A stretch of DNA of 64,000 bases from an uncultured delta proteobacterium (GCA_963769935.1 CAVYNY010000009.1:128001-192000); one strand, 5' to 3'; counted from the first letter of the stretch, positions 18,987 to 29,974 are shown. A program made the numbers and translations. The notes: generated by a model not told the origin, from the letters alone.

Positions 18987-19431
18987 TTACAAACTGTGCC
19001 GAATTACAGATAATTGGTGAGATTGTCGAAATAGCCTTTTTCGAGGACCCATTAATTTGCGAAATTTGCGGTCCGGAATGTAAGCATCCAATTTCTCTTC
19101 TTCGCATTTTTCTAAGGTGCTTTGGTTATGATAATTGGTATCAGCGGTGAAAATCTTGTCCTCAAAATAATCTTCTGATTGACCGATCTTTTTAAGATTG
19201 TCTTTGGCGCCATCAACCATAGGAGCAAGATGCTCATTGTCTTGACCGCTGCAAAAGGCTTCTGCTTGCATGACCACCTGATGCTCATTATCCACTAAAG
19301 CCTGAGCATTGTACCCCTGGATGGTACCATGAGAGGTCATCATTTTCGCCAATTCGTTATCGGTGACGTTGCTTTGCAGTTCTCGGCCGTTGGCCCCAAT
19401 CTTAGCATTGTTTTCTGCCAACCACTTCTCA
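18987..19431 (-). mobile_element. IS1182-family transposase internal fragment
   Basis: SNVTDNE.AKM.TSHGTIQGYNAQALVD..HQV, ADTNY and DAYIPD motifs. Confidence 0.8.
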
Positions 19432-19764
19432 AGGCCGCAGAGTGTCTCCAAAAGGACCATAAAGTGCTGCTGACATTTTACGATTTCCCGGCTGAGCACT
19501 GGAGACACATCCGAACGACCAATCCGATTGAATCAACCTTTGCAACGGTAAGGCTGCGGACAAACAAGGTCCGCGGTTGTTTTTCAGCGCAGAGCGTTAT
19601 CACAATGGCTTTTAAACTCTGCCAGTGTGCGCAGAAACGCTGGATTCGACTTCACCACCCTCAACGCCTGGCAGAAGTCATTAGAGGAGTAAAATTTGTC
19701 AATGGTGTCGAAGAAAAACGGATTGCCGCCTGATTCCGTCATACACAACTATTGACTATATCTC
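19432..19764 (+). mobile_element. IS256-family transposase C-terminal fragment with right end
   Basis: LLTFYDFPAEHWRHIRTTNPIESTFATVRLRT; end sequence ATACACAACTATTGACTATATCTC. Confidence 0.88.
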
Positions 19765-20356
19765 CTGAAGATGCGTAAAACGGATTCCTGCGGTATTATT
19801 CAGAACATAGCATAATACCATAGATACAGAATGGTCTTTGTCAAGATTAAGAATGGCGCAATGCGGTGAAATCAAATCGCGAAATTAGAAACCAAATTTT
19901 ATAGATAGCTTGCCGAAGGTCCAACTATCAGTTTTTATTTATTGCAGATACAATTTGGATATATTGACAATATCGTATCAGGAAATCCGATGTCAAATCG
20001 AAATCATGAAAATGGGGTTTTGAAAACCAAAAATGGAAAATTCATATCACCAAACCGGCACTTTTTCTGTGGTATATGATTTTTATATCTCAGGGCTCCA
20101 AGGTGCTTACTATTTTGTATTAATCGTAGCACCTGCAATTTAATTGTTTGGGGGGTATAAGTTTACAACATATGAAATTTATAGAGTGCTTGTTCCTTAC
20201 AGATATCGACCATATCGCAGCATGAGAATTGATTTTTTTATATGCGGTCTCATACAACTTTTTGCCTCTATAACAATCGATCCAAAGTGACTTAACCCTA
20301 TATGCAATTGTCTTGGGGGGTCTCTATAAAAATCAATCCCCCCACATTCCATTCTC

Positions 20357-20992
20357 TCATCGAATAAAATTGGTGGCAATTTTATCAACCTTGGCCGGTG
20401 GAGAAACTTTTGTGCTCCCAGCTTCGATAACCTTCATCAACCAAGCCATATTTCTACCGAGGACTTCCATGATCTGCATGCCTTCAGCGTCCTGCTCCAT
20501 CTCACCGGGATCTCTGCCATGGGCTACAGTCCAGTAGTTGGCGCTGGGCATAAACATTTCAGAATAAGCAATATAGTGATTAAGGGTATCTATGGTCGGA
20601 ATGCCTCCGGACCGACGCACGGCGGCAACTGATGCACCCACTTTGTGACGAAACAGATTACCGTTCATTGTGCTAACAAAAAAGGCCCGATCCAGAAAAG
20701 ATTTTATGGTGCCGGCTGCACCTGAAAAATGAACTGGTGATCCTAATAAAATACCATCGGCGGCTTTCATTTTCTGAATCCATTCATTTACCGGATCATC
20801 ATCGAACGCGCATTTTTCGTTTTGTTCTTTGAGACAGGTATAACAGGCCACACAGCCCCTTATTTTGTTTTTTCCCACAAGGATCATCTCGGTTTCGATG
20901 CCTGCTTTATTAAGCTCTTTAAACACAGCATTCAGGCATCCTGTTGTATTCCCCTTTTCTCGAGGGCTTCCGTTAAATGCAACTACTTTCAT
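20357..20992 (-). CDS. Iron-sulfur flavoprotein / NADPH-dependent FMN reductase (flavodoxin family)
   Basis: FNGSPR..GNT, CVACYTC...C and LGSPVHF..FLDRAFF motifs. Confidence 0.92.
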   Translation of the reverse strand: MKVVAFNGSPREKGNTTGCLNAVFKELNKAGIETEMILVGKNKIRGCVACYTCLKEQNEKCAFDDDPVNEWIQKMKAADGILLGSPVHFSGAAGTIKSFLDRAFFVSTMNGNLFRHKVGASVAAVRRSGGIPTIDTLNHYIAYSEMFMPSANYWTVAHGRDPGEMEQDAEGMQIMEVLGRNMAWLMKVIEAGSTKVSPPAKVDKIATNFIR

Positions 20993-21668
20993 TAATCGTC
21001 TCCTTTTATCAATAGTTAAAAATTGATTCGTGATTCAAGATGTTGTGGTGAGCCTTCTCACTGCCAATCTATGATATATTGAGACTACATGCAAAATCAT
21101 TAAAATTCATATAAGTAGATGATCTATCAGAATTTAGGGCTCACAGAATCATGAATTTTTTGACAGATACCCCAGCTATCAACCTTACCCAAATTATTGC
21201 AGATACGAAATAGATACATTATGTTTATCTCAGGCGGTTTATGGAGGTCAAACCCAAAAACCAAAAGGAGGCAGACAATGGGATTTTCACAAAAATATAT
21301 AAACGAAAAATTTCGTCACGAACTTGTGGTGCCAGATATTTGGAGGTAGCGGTTATAAGAATTTCCATAGCGCCATTTTTCGATAGTCTGATAGTTCAAG
21401 CATTTAAAGAATTAAGGTAGAATGGCCGGTTCCGGATTTAAGGTAAAATTCAAGCCGCCGGTAACTTGCGGCGACATTGAACCCCATGCTATTTTGAAGT
21501 TTGGGCAGGCATACCGGGCACAGGGTCAGCGGCCGGGAAAATCATTAATCCAATTCTAAATTAAGCGATTCCAATACAAAGCGCAGTTGCGTTTGACCAC
21601 GTGATGCTTAGCTTAAATCTAATACCTGGCAAAAGGGTATCAAAAAATCCACGTGGAGGGCAATAGCT

Positions 21669-21755
21669 ATGGCTAAAAAAATGTCCAGTAAAGAAAGTGT
21701 CTGCATGGAAAGGTGCTATCTTGAATCCCGGAATTGCAGGCAAAATGAACCATAG
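21669..21755 (+). CDS. 28-aa Cys-motif micro-ORF (Cx3Cx6C)
   Basis: SD GGAGG; MAKKMSSKESVCMERCYLESRNCRQNEP. Confidence 0.45.
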   Translation: MAKKMSSKESVCMERCYLESRNCRQNEP

Positions 21756-21769
21756 AGGAGGATATTCAA

Positions 21770-21904
21770 ATGCCCATCGAAAACATCGACAAGGAAAAAG
21801 ACTGCATCAGCAGATGCCAGGAAGAATTTATCGACTGCGTTGAAGATGATCACTCAGATTGTGTTTCAACTTTTAAAGACTGTTCCGGCACCTGCGAACG
21901 TTGA
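21770..21904 (+). CDS. 44-aa acidic six-cysteine microprotein
   Basis: SD GAGGAGG; MPIENIDKEKDCISRCQEEFIDCVEDDHSDCVSTFKDCSGTCER. Confidence 0.65.
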   Translation: MPIENIDKEKDCISRCQEEFIDCVEDDHSDCVSTFKDCSGTCER

Positions 21905-21928
21905 CCATTGACGGCCGCTGCCGCGAAA

Positions 21929-22747
21929 TCATAATTTCAATATCGTTCGCGCGTCATCGGGTGTCGCCACCTCGCGGCCGTATTCCTGCGCCAGCCTGAC
22001 AATGCGCTCCACAAACTGGGCGTTGGTTTTGGCCAGAATCCCCCTGTTGTAGTAGATATTGTCTTCCATACCAACGCGTATGTGACCGCCCATGACCATT
22101 GCCATCATTGACATCGGCAAATGGCCTTTGCCGATCCCGATAATGGACCAGGTGGAATTTTCAGGGATATAGTCGTGCAAATAGATAAGCGACTTCGGCG
22201 TTGCCGGTGCTCCCCAGGGAGTTCCCAGCACCAACTGGAAGTGCAGCGGTTCGTCTAACTTCCCTTCATCCCGCATGCGAAGGCAGGTGAGGAGCATTCC
22301 CAGATCGAAAATCTCAAGCTCCGGTTTTACGCCCGCTGTCCTCATTTTTTCCGCCGCCCGTTCAAGAAACTCCGGGGAATTCAAAAAAACGGAACCTCCC
22401 AGATTAATCGATCCCGCATCGAATGAGGCCACTTCCGGTTTCAGGTCAAGCGGCGCCAGCCGCTCCTCGGAGGGAAGATTGCGGCCCGGGATGCCGCTGG
22501 TGGTCAGGCACAGGATCAAATCGGTTTTTTCCCGCAAAATATCAACAACCTGTCTGAATTTTTCCACATCCTGGGTTCCCAGGCCGGTTTGCGGATCGCG
22601 TACGTGGATGTGGACCATAGCGGCGCCTGCCTTCCAGCACTCGACAGCGGATTGGGCAATCTCCTCTGGTGTTATGGGGATGTAGGGCGTGGTTTCGCGC
22701 GAAATTCGGCTCCCGGTGATGGCGGCGGTTATGATTAACTTTTCCAT
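21929..22747 (-). CDS. Beta-keto acid cleavage enzyme (BKACE/Kce, DUF849)
   Basis: LIITAAITG, P.TPEEIA, AGAAMVHIHVRD, KPELEIFD and GGHIRVGMEDN motifs. Confidence 0.93.
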   Translation of the reverse strand: MEKLIITAAITGSRISRETTPYIPITPEEIAQSAVECWKAGAAMVHIHVRDPQTGLGTQDVEKFRQVVDILREKTDLILCLTTSGIPGRNLPSEERLAPLDLKPEVASFDAGSINLGGSVFLNSPEFLERAAEKMRTAGVKPELEIFDLGMLLTCLRMRDEGKLDEPLHFQLVLGTPWGAPATPKSLIYLHDYIPENSTWSIIGIGKGHLPMSMMAMVMGGHIRVGMEDNIYYNRGILAKTNAQFVERIVRLAQEYGREVATPDDARTILKL

Positions 22748-23057
22748 ATATTTATCCTAAAGCAATGTTTTTGGGGTCTGTGTTTTTAACATAACGCCAT
22801 TCGACCCTGATTTCAACCGCCCAAATCCAATTTACATATGTTGTGTCAGATCCAATATCTGGTATAATGTGCAATTAAGCTTGTACAATTCCTGATTTAA
22901 TTTCGCAAAATTATAAAAAGTTTTAAAACCAAATCGGTGTTGCTGAAATTTATTGTGTTCCCGCCGTATGGAGGAGGAGCTTCGTATTTGCGGTAATTCC
23001 GGTTAAGTTGATGATTTATTGCAACAATTGCACGTCCACATGCTGAGGCTTTTATCT

Positions 23058-25591
23058 ATGCTGAAAACCCGCTTGAACTTTATCATTTCGCTAATTTTTC
23101 TGGTGGGTATGTTCCCAGCCGGCCCGAGCATTGCCGGCAATGACAATCCCTCGGACCTTCCCCGCCAGGTTATTGCCTCCGCGAGTGAATTGGACTATCC
23201 GCCATTTTCTTTGGTTCGCGAGGACGGCACCGCCGACGGGTTTTCGGTCGAGCTCCTCAAGGCAGTTGCCCAGGCGACCGGTCTCGAGGTCACTTTTAAG
23301 GTCGGCCCCTGGCATGTAATAAAGCGTGAACTTGTCGAGGGCCGGCTTGATGCGCTTCCTCTGGTCTCTTATTCAACAGAGCGCGATAAAGAGCTCGATT
23401 TCACGGCGCCTTATCTTAGAATGCATGGCGCAATTTTCGTTCGTCAAGGATGATACATCGATCCATGATGAGACCGACTTAAAGGAAAAGGAAGTCCTTG
23501 TGATGCGGGACGATGCGGCGCATGAATACGTCGTCCGGAAACCAATTGTGCAACAAACTGATACTGACTGACAGCATTGAAGATGCCATGCAGCAGCTAT
23601 CAGCGGGAAAGCATGATGCGGTGGTGGTCCAACAATTGGTCGGACTGCAGATCATTAAAAAGCTTCATCTTTCCAACCTGGTCAGTGTGCGTTCGATTCA
23701 GGAATCGAGTTTGAAACCGGCAGCCGAACCACTGTCAGGGTTCCAGCAGAAGTTTTGTATCGCCGTCAAAGAAGGTAATCAGGCGCTGCTGGCACGCTTG
23801 AACGAAGGCTTGTCAATTGTCATCACCAACGGCGTCTACGATGAACTTTATGACAAGTGGTTCGGTCCCATTCTGCCGAAGCCCTCCGTAGATCTTGCAA
23901 CCCTGGTTAAATACCTTTTCTTCATCCTTATTCCATTATTGGTTTTGATCGGCATATTTGGACTCTGGTATTTAAGAAGGGAAGTTGACAGGAAGACCCA
24001 AAAATTAAGAGAGCAAATCGCAGTCTGCCAAGCGACCGAGGAATCGCTGGTGCAAACACGTGATACACTGCAGGCTGTTCTTGATGCAGCCCCTGCCGGT
24101 GTGGTTGTGGCGGACAGCGCTGGGCGCATTTTGTTGTCCAGCGCCTTCACCCGGCACATCTTCGGCGACTCCACTGCCGAGAACGCTTATGGACCCGACC
24201 GCGGATACCGCGTACTCAATCCGGACGGCTCACCCATACCGCAAAGCAACTTACCGCTGTCGCTGGCTTTGGCCGGTCAAGCCGTGTTCGATAAGGAACT
24301 GCTCGTAACACACTCAAACGGCACACAGTCCATAATCCTGGCCAACGCAACGCCCCTGAGAACCGAAGCTGCCGAAATCTGGGGGGCGGTTACCGTGTTT
24401 CAGGACATCACCGCCCTTAAGCAAACAGAAAAGGCGCTGCAAAACAGCAATACACGTCTGGAATTATTGACCACGGTGGCGCAGCGGCTGCTTCGCGCAG
24501 AAAACCCGCAGGCCATCATCGAAGAGCTCTGCCGGTTGGTGATGGCACACATTGATTGTCAATTCTTTTTCAACTACCTGGTGGATGTTCCCGGGCAACG
24601 GATGCTGCTCAACGCCTGCGCCGGTATTCCGACCAAGACGGCCGATTCTATCCGGCAGCTCGATTTCGGGGTAGCGGTCTGCGGCTGTGTGGCGCGTGAC
24701 GGTGAACGCATCATTGCCGAGCACATTTGCGACAGCAATGATCTTCGGACACAACTGGTCAAATCCTTCGGGGTGCAGGCGTACTGCTGTCATCCCATGC
24801 TGGTACAAGACGAACTTATCGGCACGCTTTCGTTCGGAACTCGGACCCGGTCGACGTTCACCGCCGACGAAGTTGAATTGATGAAAACAGTCACGGACAA
24901 GGTGGCAGTGGCCATGCAGCGGTTGCAGGCAACCAGGGCCCTGCGGGCAAGCGAAGAGCGCCTGAGATCCTCGCTCGCTGAAAAAGAGGTGTTGTTAAAA
25001 GAGATTCACCACAGGGTGAAAAACAACATGCAGGTTATCTCCAGCCTGCTGGATTTGCAGGCCGACGAAGTCGAGGAGGCCGCCATGCGCGACATTTTCA
25101 AGGACGTGGTTTATCGCGTGCGTTCGATGGCCATGGTCCATGAGAAGCTCTACCAGTCAACCGACCTGGCCCGGGTAGAGTTTGCCGATTACGCGCAAAG
25201 CCTGTTGGGTTACCTGTGGCGGGCCCAAGGGGCCGCGGCCTCCGGCGTCCGGTTAAACCTGGACTTAAAACCGGTTTTCCTGCCGGTGAACGCAGCGGTG
25301 CCCTGCGGTCTGATCCTGAACGAACTGTTCAGCAACGCGTTGAAGCATGCCTTTAACGGACGTAACCAAGGCAAGGTAACCGTGTCGCTTGACGGCGACC
25401 GCCAAGGCCGGGTGCGCCTCTGCGTGGGCGACAACGGAATCGGGTTGCCGCCGGAGCTTGACTGGAAAAATGCCCGCTCCCTGGGTCTGCGCCTGGTGCA
25501 TATGCTCGCCGGGCAGCTGCAAGCTGCCGTGGAGGTTGCAATCGATAAAGGAACCGAATTCAGGATCACATTCGAAGCACCGAAGTCATGA
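23058..25591 (+). pseudogene. Sensor histidine kinase (SBP_bac_3-TM-PAS-GAF-HisKA_2-HATPase) with two frameshifts in the sensor domain
   Basis: SELDYPPF..GFSVELL periplasmic domain split over three frames (breaks near 23451 and 23540); [36 protein letters not shown] and DNGIG motifs. Confidence 0.85.
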
Positions 25592-25777
25592 GCCGAATCA
25601 TCATCATCCTTCAAGTAAAGAATCCTGACCCAGCTTCCTGTCCGTGGGCCTACAGCCCGGCTTCCGGCTCGTAGAGCCTACAGCTCGGAGAGAGGGAGGA
25701 CCAGGTTTTCAATGTTGGAATAGATTTAAGGGATTCGTACAGACGCCGAACAGCTGACAACAGGCGAAATCGCTCAA

Positions 25778-26725
25778 TCAACAGCACTTCCGATTAAGCT
25801 TCAGAATTTCTATCAGCATTTTATCGCGCCAGTTTTGGATCTTCTCCAGCGAGTTCTCGCGCACAACCGCCATGTCATGGACGCTTTTTACCAGAGCATC
25901 CCGCTGCGGCGGCGCAATCTCCTTCCAGGCAGCCATCGATTCCCATCTTACGCTGTAGGACGCTGAATATTTTTCGATAAAGCTCTCGATGCCGTCGCCT
26001 GCCAGATAGGCCCGCAATAATGGTCCGATGAAAGGATCGCGCATCCCCATGCCCGCGCAGAATGCGCGATCCACTTCCTCCGCGCCGGCCACGCCGCTTG
26101 CCACCAGATCAATGGCCTCGCGTAGAACAGCGGCCTGGAGACGATTGACGATGTAGCCCGGCACCTCTTTTTTGAGTTGCACCGGCATTTTGCCGATTTT
26201 TTCCATGAGCTCGCAAGTTGCCTGGACCGTCTCGGGGTCGGTTTGGTCCCCGCCGACGACCTCCACCAGCGGCAGGAGATGGACAGGCAGAAAAGGATGA
26301 ACCAGCAAACAGCGCTCCGGTCGTGTAGCGACTTTTTGAATCTCACTCATCAGCAGCCCGGAACTGCTGCTGGCAAGAATCGCCTGGAACGGTGCCCGCG
26401 CGTCCATCTCCCTGAAAATCATTTTCTTCGCCTGGTAGTTGTCGGGCACGGATTCCTGAACATAATCTGCATCTTTTAGCGCCTCGTTCAGATTGGTCGT
26501 GGTCCGGATGCGGTTGTAAGCTGCTCCGGCCGCTCCCTGCAGCAGCCGGCCGTTGTCTTCCAGAAACCCCAGGTTTAAATTGATCTGCCGGACAGCCCGT
26601 TCCAGTTTGTCGTCGGTCAGGTCCTGCATCGCAACCGTATATCCCCCGGCAGCAAACAGCGTTGCCCAGCCCTGCCCGATAAGCCCGGAACCGACACAGG
26701 CCACGTTTTTAATTTCATTGTGCAT
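25778..26725 (-). CDS. 3-hydroxyacyl-CoA dehydrogenase family, L-carnitine dehydrogenase/lambda-crystallin-like
   Basis: GSGLIGQGWA, YVQESVPD, ASSSSG, HPFLPVHLLPLVEVV and PGYIVNRLQAA motifs. Confidence 0.88.
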   Translation of the reverse strand: MHNEIKNVACVGSGLIGQGWATLFAAGGYTVAMQDLTDDKLERAVRQINLNLGFLEDNGRLLQGAAGAAYNRIRTTTNLNEALKDADYVQESVPDNYQAKKMIFREMDARAPFQAILASSSSGLLMSEIQKVATRPERCLLVHPFLPVHLLPLVEVVGGDQTDPETVQATCELMEKIGKMPVQLKKEVPGYIVNRLQAAVLREAIDLVASGVAGAEEVDRAFCAGMGMRDPFIGPLLRAYLAGDGIESFIEKYSASYSVRWESMAAWKEIAPPQRDALVKSVHDMAVVRENSLEKIQNWRDKMLIEILKLNRKCC

Positions 26726-26975
26726 TTTTTCTGCTCCCCGGCAATGGAAAGAATCCTGATCCTGATCCAGAGAACCAGGTTTTCAGTACTAGATATTTCA
26801 TGCATATGCTGATATCAAATTATTTCTTTTAAGGTCAATCTGAATCTTCTGGATACTTTATCATCATGTGATATAGATAGTGCGAGTTAGATTAATGTGC
26901 GTGGGAAGCCTCACCCGGGGAGGATGTGTATTTATATTTTACCGAACAAATTTTGATTTCTGAGATGGTTGGAAA

Positions 26976-28133
26976 ATGTGGCTGATATTGAGCGCTATAA
27001 CTTTACATTTTACCCGGTATGGCCTTATTTTTCCGTTTATCCCATTGCTGGCCGAAAAAATGGGAGCCGGACCGACGACCACGGGATTTATTGTCGGTGC
27101 GTTTAGCTTGATTGCCGTATTTCTATCGATACCGTTGGGCGGGTTGGTGGATCGGTTTGGTGTCAAGCGTCTGCTATTGTTGGGTATCATCTGCAATATT
27201 GCAAATGCCGTAATTTTGTTGCAGACCGACACGATAATCGAATTGATCGTTGCCCAATTGATTGCCGGTATCGGCTTTCTACTGCATGTTGTTGCCGGCC
27301 AAACATTTATCTCACGGCTGCCCGATGCTCACCGGCGCGAGAAAGGATTCGGTTGGTTTAGCTTCGGCGCGGCAGCCGGTCAAAGCGTGGGGCCGATCCT
27401 CGGAGGAATCCTGGTCCATCGCTCAGGCTACCCGGCTGCATTTTGGGTGGCTCTAATCTTGTCGAGTGCCGGATTAATTGTATTGGGGCTGAAAAATACC
27501 CAAGCGACATGTGCTACAAAATCTTCCTACAACCCGGTTCATGACGCCCGGCTCGCTGGTGCGCTCGCAGTTGATCCGAAGGTTTTAACGACTCTCATAG
27601 CGACCTTTGCAATTATTTTTGCGGCCAATCTGCGCACATCATTTTTACCGGTCCTGCTCCGCACTAAAGGCTTAACTGAGTCCACTGTGGGAATATTGAT
27701 TTCTATTTTTGCAGTCATGTCCACTTCCATCAGGCTTTTATTTGGCAGGCTGTTGGATATATTTGATCGCAAGAAGATTCTCGCATCTTCCATGCTGGCC
27801 ATTATCCTGGCAGTCGGACTGATACCAATGATGATATCGACTGCAGGATTCGCCATCCTGATATCGCTTTTCGGGCTCGGATTCGGCATGACGCAACCGC
27901 TGACAATGGTAATGGTCGCCGATCTGACTGAGCCGCACCAATCGGGTCTTGCCATGGGGCTGCGGTTCACCGCTACCATGGCCGCAAGCCTGATAAGTCC
28001 GATTTTTCTCGGATTGATTATCGAGACATTCGGCTTGGATCCGGCATTTTACGTTGCCGCATTGGTCGTTGGTCTGGCCGGAATTCGCATGTTCATCATA
28101 AGGCCGGATCTCATTCCCGAACGGCGGAAATAA
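26976..28133 (+). CDS. MFS transporter
   Basis: About 12 TM segments; motif A GGLVDRFGVKR. Confidence 0.92.
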   Translation: MWLILSAITLHFTRYGLIFPFIPLLAEKMGAGPTTTGFIVGAFSLIAVFLSIPLGGLVDRFGVKRLLLLGIICNIANAVILLQTDTIIELIVAQLIAGIGFLLHVVAGQTFISRLPDAHRREKGFGWFSFGAAAGQSVGPILGGILVHRSGYPAAFWVALILSSAGLIVLGLKNTQATCATKSSYNPVHDARLAGALAVDPKVLTTLIATFAIIFAANLRTSFLPVLLRTKGLTESTVGILISIFAVMSTSIRLLFGRLLDIFDRKKILASSMLAIILAVGLIPMMISTAGFAILISLFGLGFGMTQPLTMVMVADLTEPHQSGLAMGLRFTATMAASLISPIFLGLIIETFGLDPAFYVAALVVGLAGIRMFIIRPDLIPERRK

Positions 28134-28187
28134 ATGCTCGATCAATTATCTGAGAAATGAAGCAGCCCGATGGGTCAAAGATCTGCG

Positions 28188-28216
28188 TTGACAAGTCCTG
28201 ACAGTTCGGCTATTAA
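28188..28216 (+). promoter_or_regulatory. Sigma70-like promoter of the peptide ABC operon
   Basis: TTGACA-N17-TATTAA. Confidence 0.6.
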
Positions 28217-28378
28217 AAATATCTGTTTCATCTCACGGCTGCCGTCGCGGTGCTAAGTGCCGGACTGCTGCCGCAGCCGGCAACCGACCGGAATTGGAGA
28301 ATTAAACCTTCGCCAAAACCGATTTCAATCCCCAGACAACACATCCCACACAATCGCTTCAGAAGAAAGGAGGAGGTT

Positions 28379-29974
28379 ATGATCATCAGAATTTTTAAAA
28401 AGGCAGCGCTTATGGTTGGGCTGACGGCCGCCGCCGTATTGAGCTTCGGCGGTCAACCGGCCGTCGCCGAAACGGTCATCAGGGCCAATCTCGATTCTGC
28501 GCTCAAGCAGCTGGATCCCATTTGGACCACCGCTTACATCTCCCGCAGCCACGGCTTTATGGTCTATGATACCCTGTTCGGCCTGGACGAAAACTTCAAT
28601 GTCAAACCCCAGATGGTAGACACCTATACCATGAGCGACGACGGCATGACCTACACGTTTACCCTCAGAGACGGTTTGAAATGGCACGACGGCACGCCGG
28701 TGACCGCCAAGGATTGTGTCGCCTCCCTCAAGCGCTGGGGCGCCAAAGACGGCATGGGACAAAAATTGATGGCTGCCACCGCAACCCTTGAGACGGTCAA
28801 CGACAAAACCTTCAAACTGCAATTGAAAGAACCTTTCGGCATGGTTCTGCTGGCCCTGGCTAAAATCACCTCCAACGTGCCGTTTATGATGAAAGAGGAG
28901 CAGGCCATGACCCCGCCGGATGAGCAGATCAAGGATGTCATCGGTTCGGGTCCCTTCAAGTTCGTCAAGGAGGAATTCAAGCCCGGTGTTTCGGCAGTAT
29001 ATGTCAAAAACGAGGATTATGTTCCTCGCAAGGAACCGGCCAGCGGCACGGCCGGCGGTAAGGTCGTGAATGTGGATCGGGTGGAGTTTGTCTGGATTCC
29101 GGACACCAATACCCAGACCAATGCCCTGATTGCCGGCGAAATCGACTTTATCCAGGTGCCGCAAACCGACTTTCTGCCGAAACTGAAAGACGCCCCCGGC
29201 GTTAAGGTTGAAGTCTTTGACCCCCTCGGACTTCAAACCGTGATGCGATTAAACCACCTGCAGCCGCCGTTTGACAACCCGAAGGCGCGCCAGGCGGTCC
29301 TCTGGGCAACCAGTCAGAAGGATGATTTGCTGGCGGCCGTGGGCAATAATCCGGACCTGATGGACCCCTGCCCCTCGATGTATCCCTGCAAATCGCCGCT
29401 GGCTTCCGACGCGGGGTCCGAACCGCTCGTCAAGCAGGATTTCGACAAAGCCAAACAGCTGCTCAAAGAAGCAGGTTACAACAACGAGCCCATCGTCGTG
29501 CTGCATTGCACCGATGATTTCATTATCTCGAATCAGACCCTGGCCTCGGTCCAAAATCTGCGCAAGGCCGGATTCAACGTGAAGGTAGAGTCCATGAACT
29601 GGTCGACCCTGGTGTCCCGTCGCGCCAGCAAGAAGCCGGCCTCCGAAGGCGGCTGGCACATTTTCCAAACCTGGTTCAACGGTCCGGATTTCTTGAACCC
29701 GGTGGAGCACATTGCCATCGGTGCCGGCTGCGACAAGGCGTGGTTCGGCTGGCCCTGCGATGCGAAAATCGAAGAGCTGCGCACGGAATTCGGCCGCGAA
29801 CCCGATCCGGCAAAACAAAAACAACTTGCCCGCGAAATTCAGGAGCGGGCTTTTGAAGTTGTCACCTATGTACCCCTGGGCACCATTTTTTCACCGGTTG
29901 CCTATCGCGGTGATCGACTGACGGGGCTGATCAAATGCCCGGTGCCGCTGTTCTGGAATGTCAGCAAAAAGTAG
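28379..29974 (+). CDS. Peptide/nickel-type ABC transporter substrate-binding protein (SBP family 5)
   Basis: SD AGGAGG; LDPIWTTAY, VYDTLF, TFTLRDGLKWHDG and IGSGPFKF motifs. Confidence 0.93.
   Translation: MIIRIFKKAALMVGLTAAAVLSFGGQPAVAETVIRANLDSALKQLDPIWTTAYISRSHGFMVYDTLFGLDENFNVKPQMVDTYTMSDDGMTYTFTLRDGLKWHDGTPVTAKDCVASLKRWGAKDGMGQKLMAATATLETVNDKTFKLQLKEPFGMVLLALAKITSNVPFMMKEEQAMTPPDEQIKDVIGSGPFKFVKEEFKPGVSAVYVKNEDYVPRKEPASGTAGGKVVNVDRVEFVWIPDTNTQTNALIAGEIDFIQVPQTDFLPKLKDAPGVKVEVFDPLGLQTVMRLNHLQPPFDNPKARQAVLWATSQKDDLLAAVGNNPDLMDPCPSMYPCKSPLASDAGSEPLVKQDFDKAKQLLKEAGYNNEPIVVLHCTDDFIISNQTLASVQNLRKAGFNVKVESMNWSTLVSRRASKKPASEGGWHIFQTWFNGPDFLNPVEHIAIGAGCDKAWFGWPCDAKIEELRTEFGREPDPAKQKQLAREIQERAFEVVTYVPLGTIFSPVAYRGDRLTGLIKCPVPLFWNVSKK

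Noticed and set aside
21278..21349. 23-aa ORF with strong SD (MGFSQKYINEKFRHELVVPDIWR)
   Set aside because: Could be the start of a decayed gene, but there is no recognisable homology or continuation to support a call
23451..23453. TGA as selenocysteine readthrough in the kinase gene
   Set aside because: Homology continues in a different frame, so it is a frameshift rather than recoding
28146..28305. SAM-I riboswitch in the ABC operon leader
   Set aside because: Fragments (TTATC, GCCCGATG, GGTGCTAA, CGGCAACC) are present but in the wrong order and spacing, and they straddle the promoter
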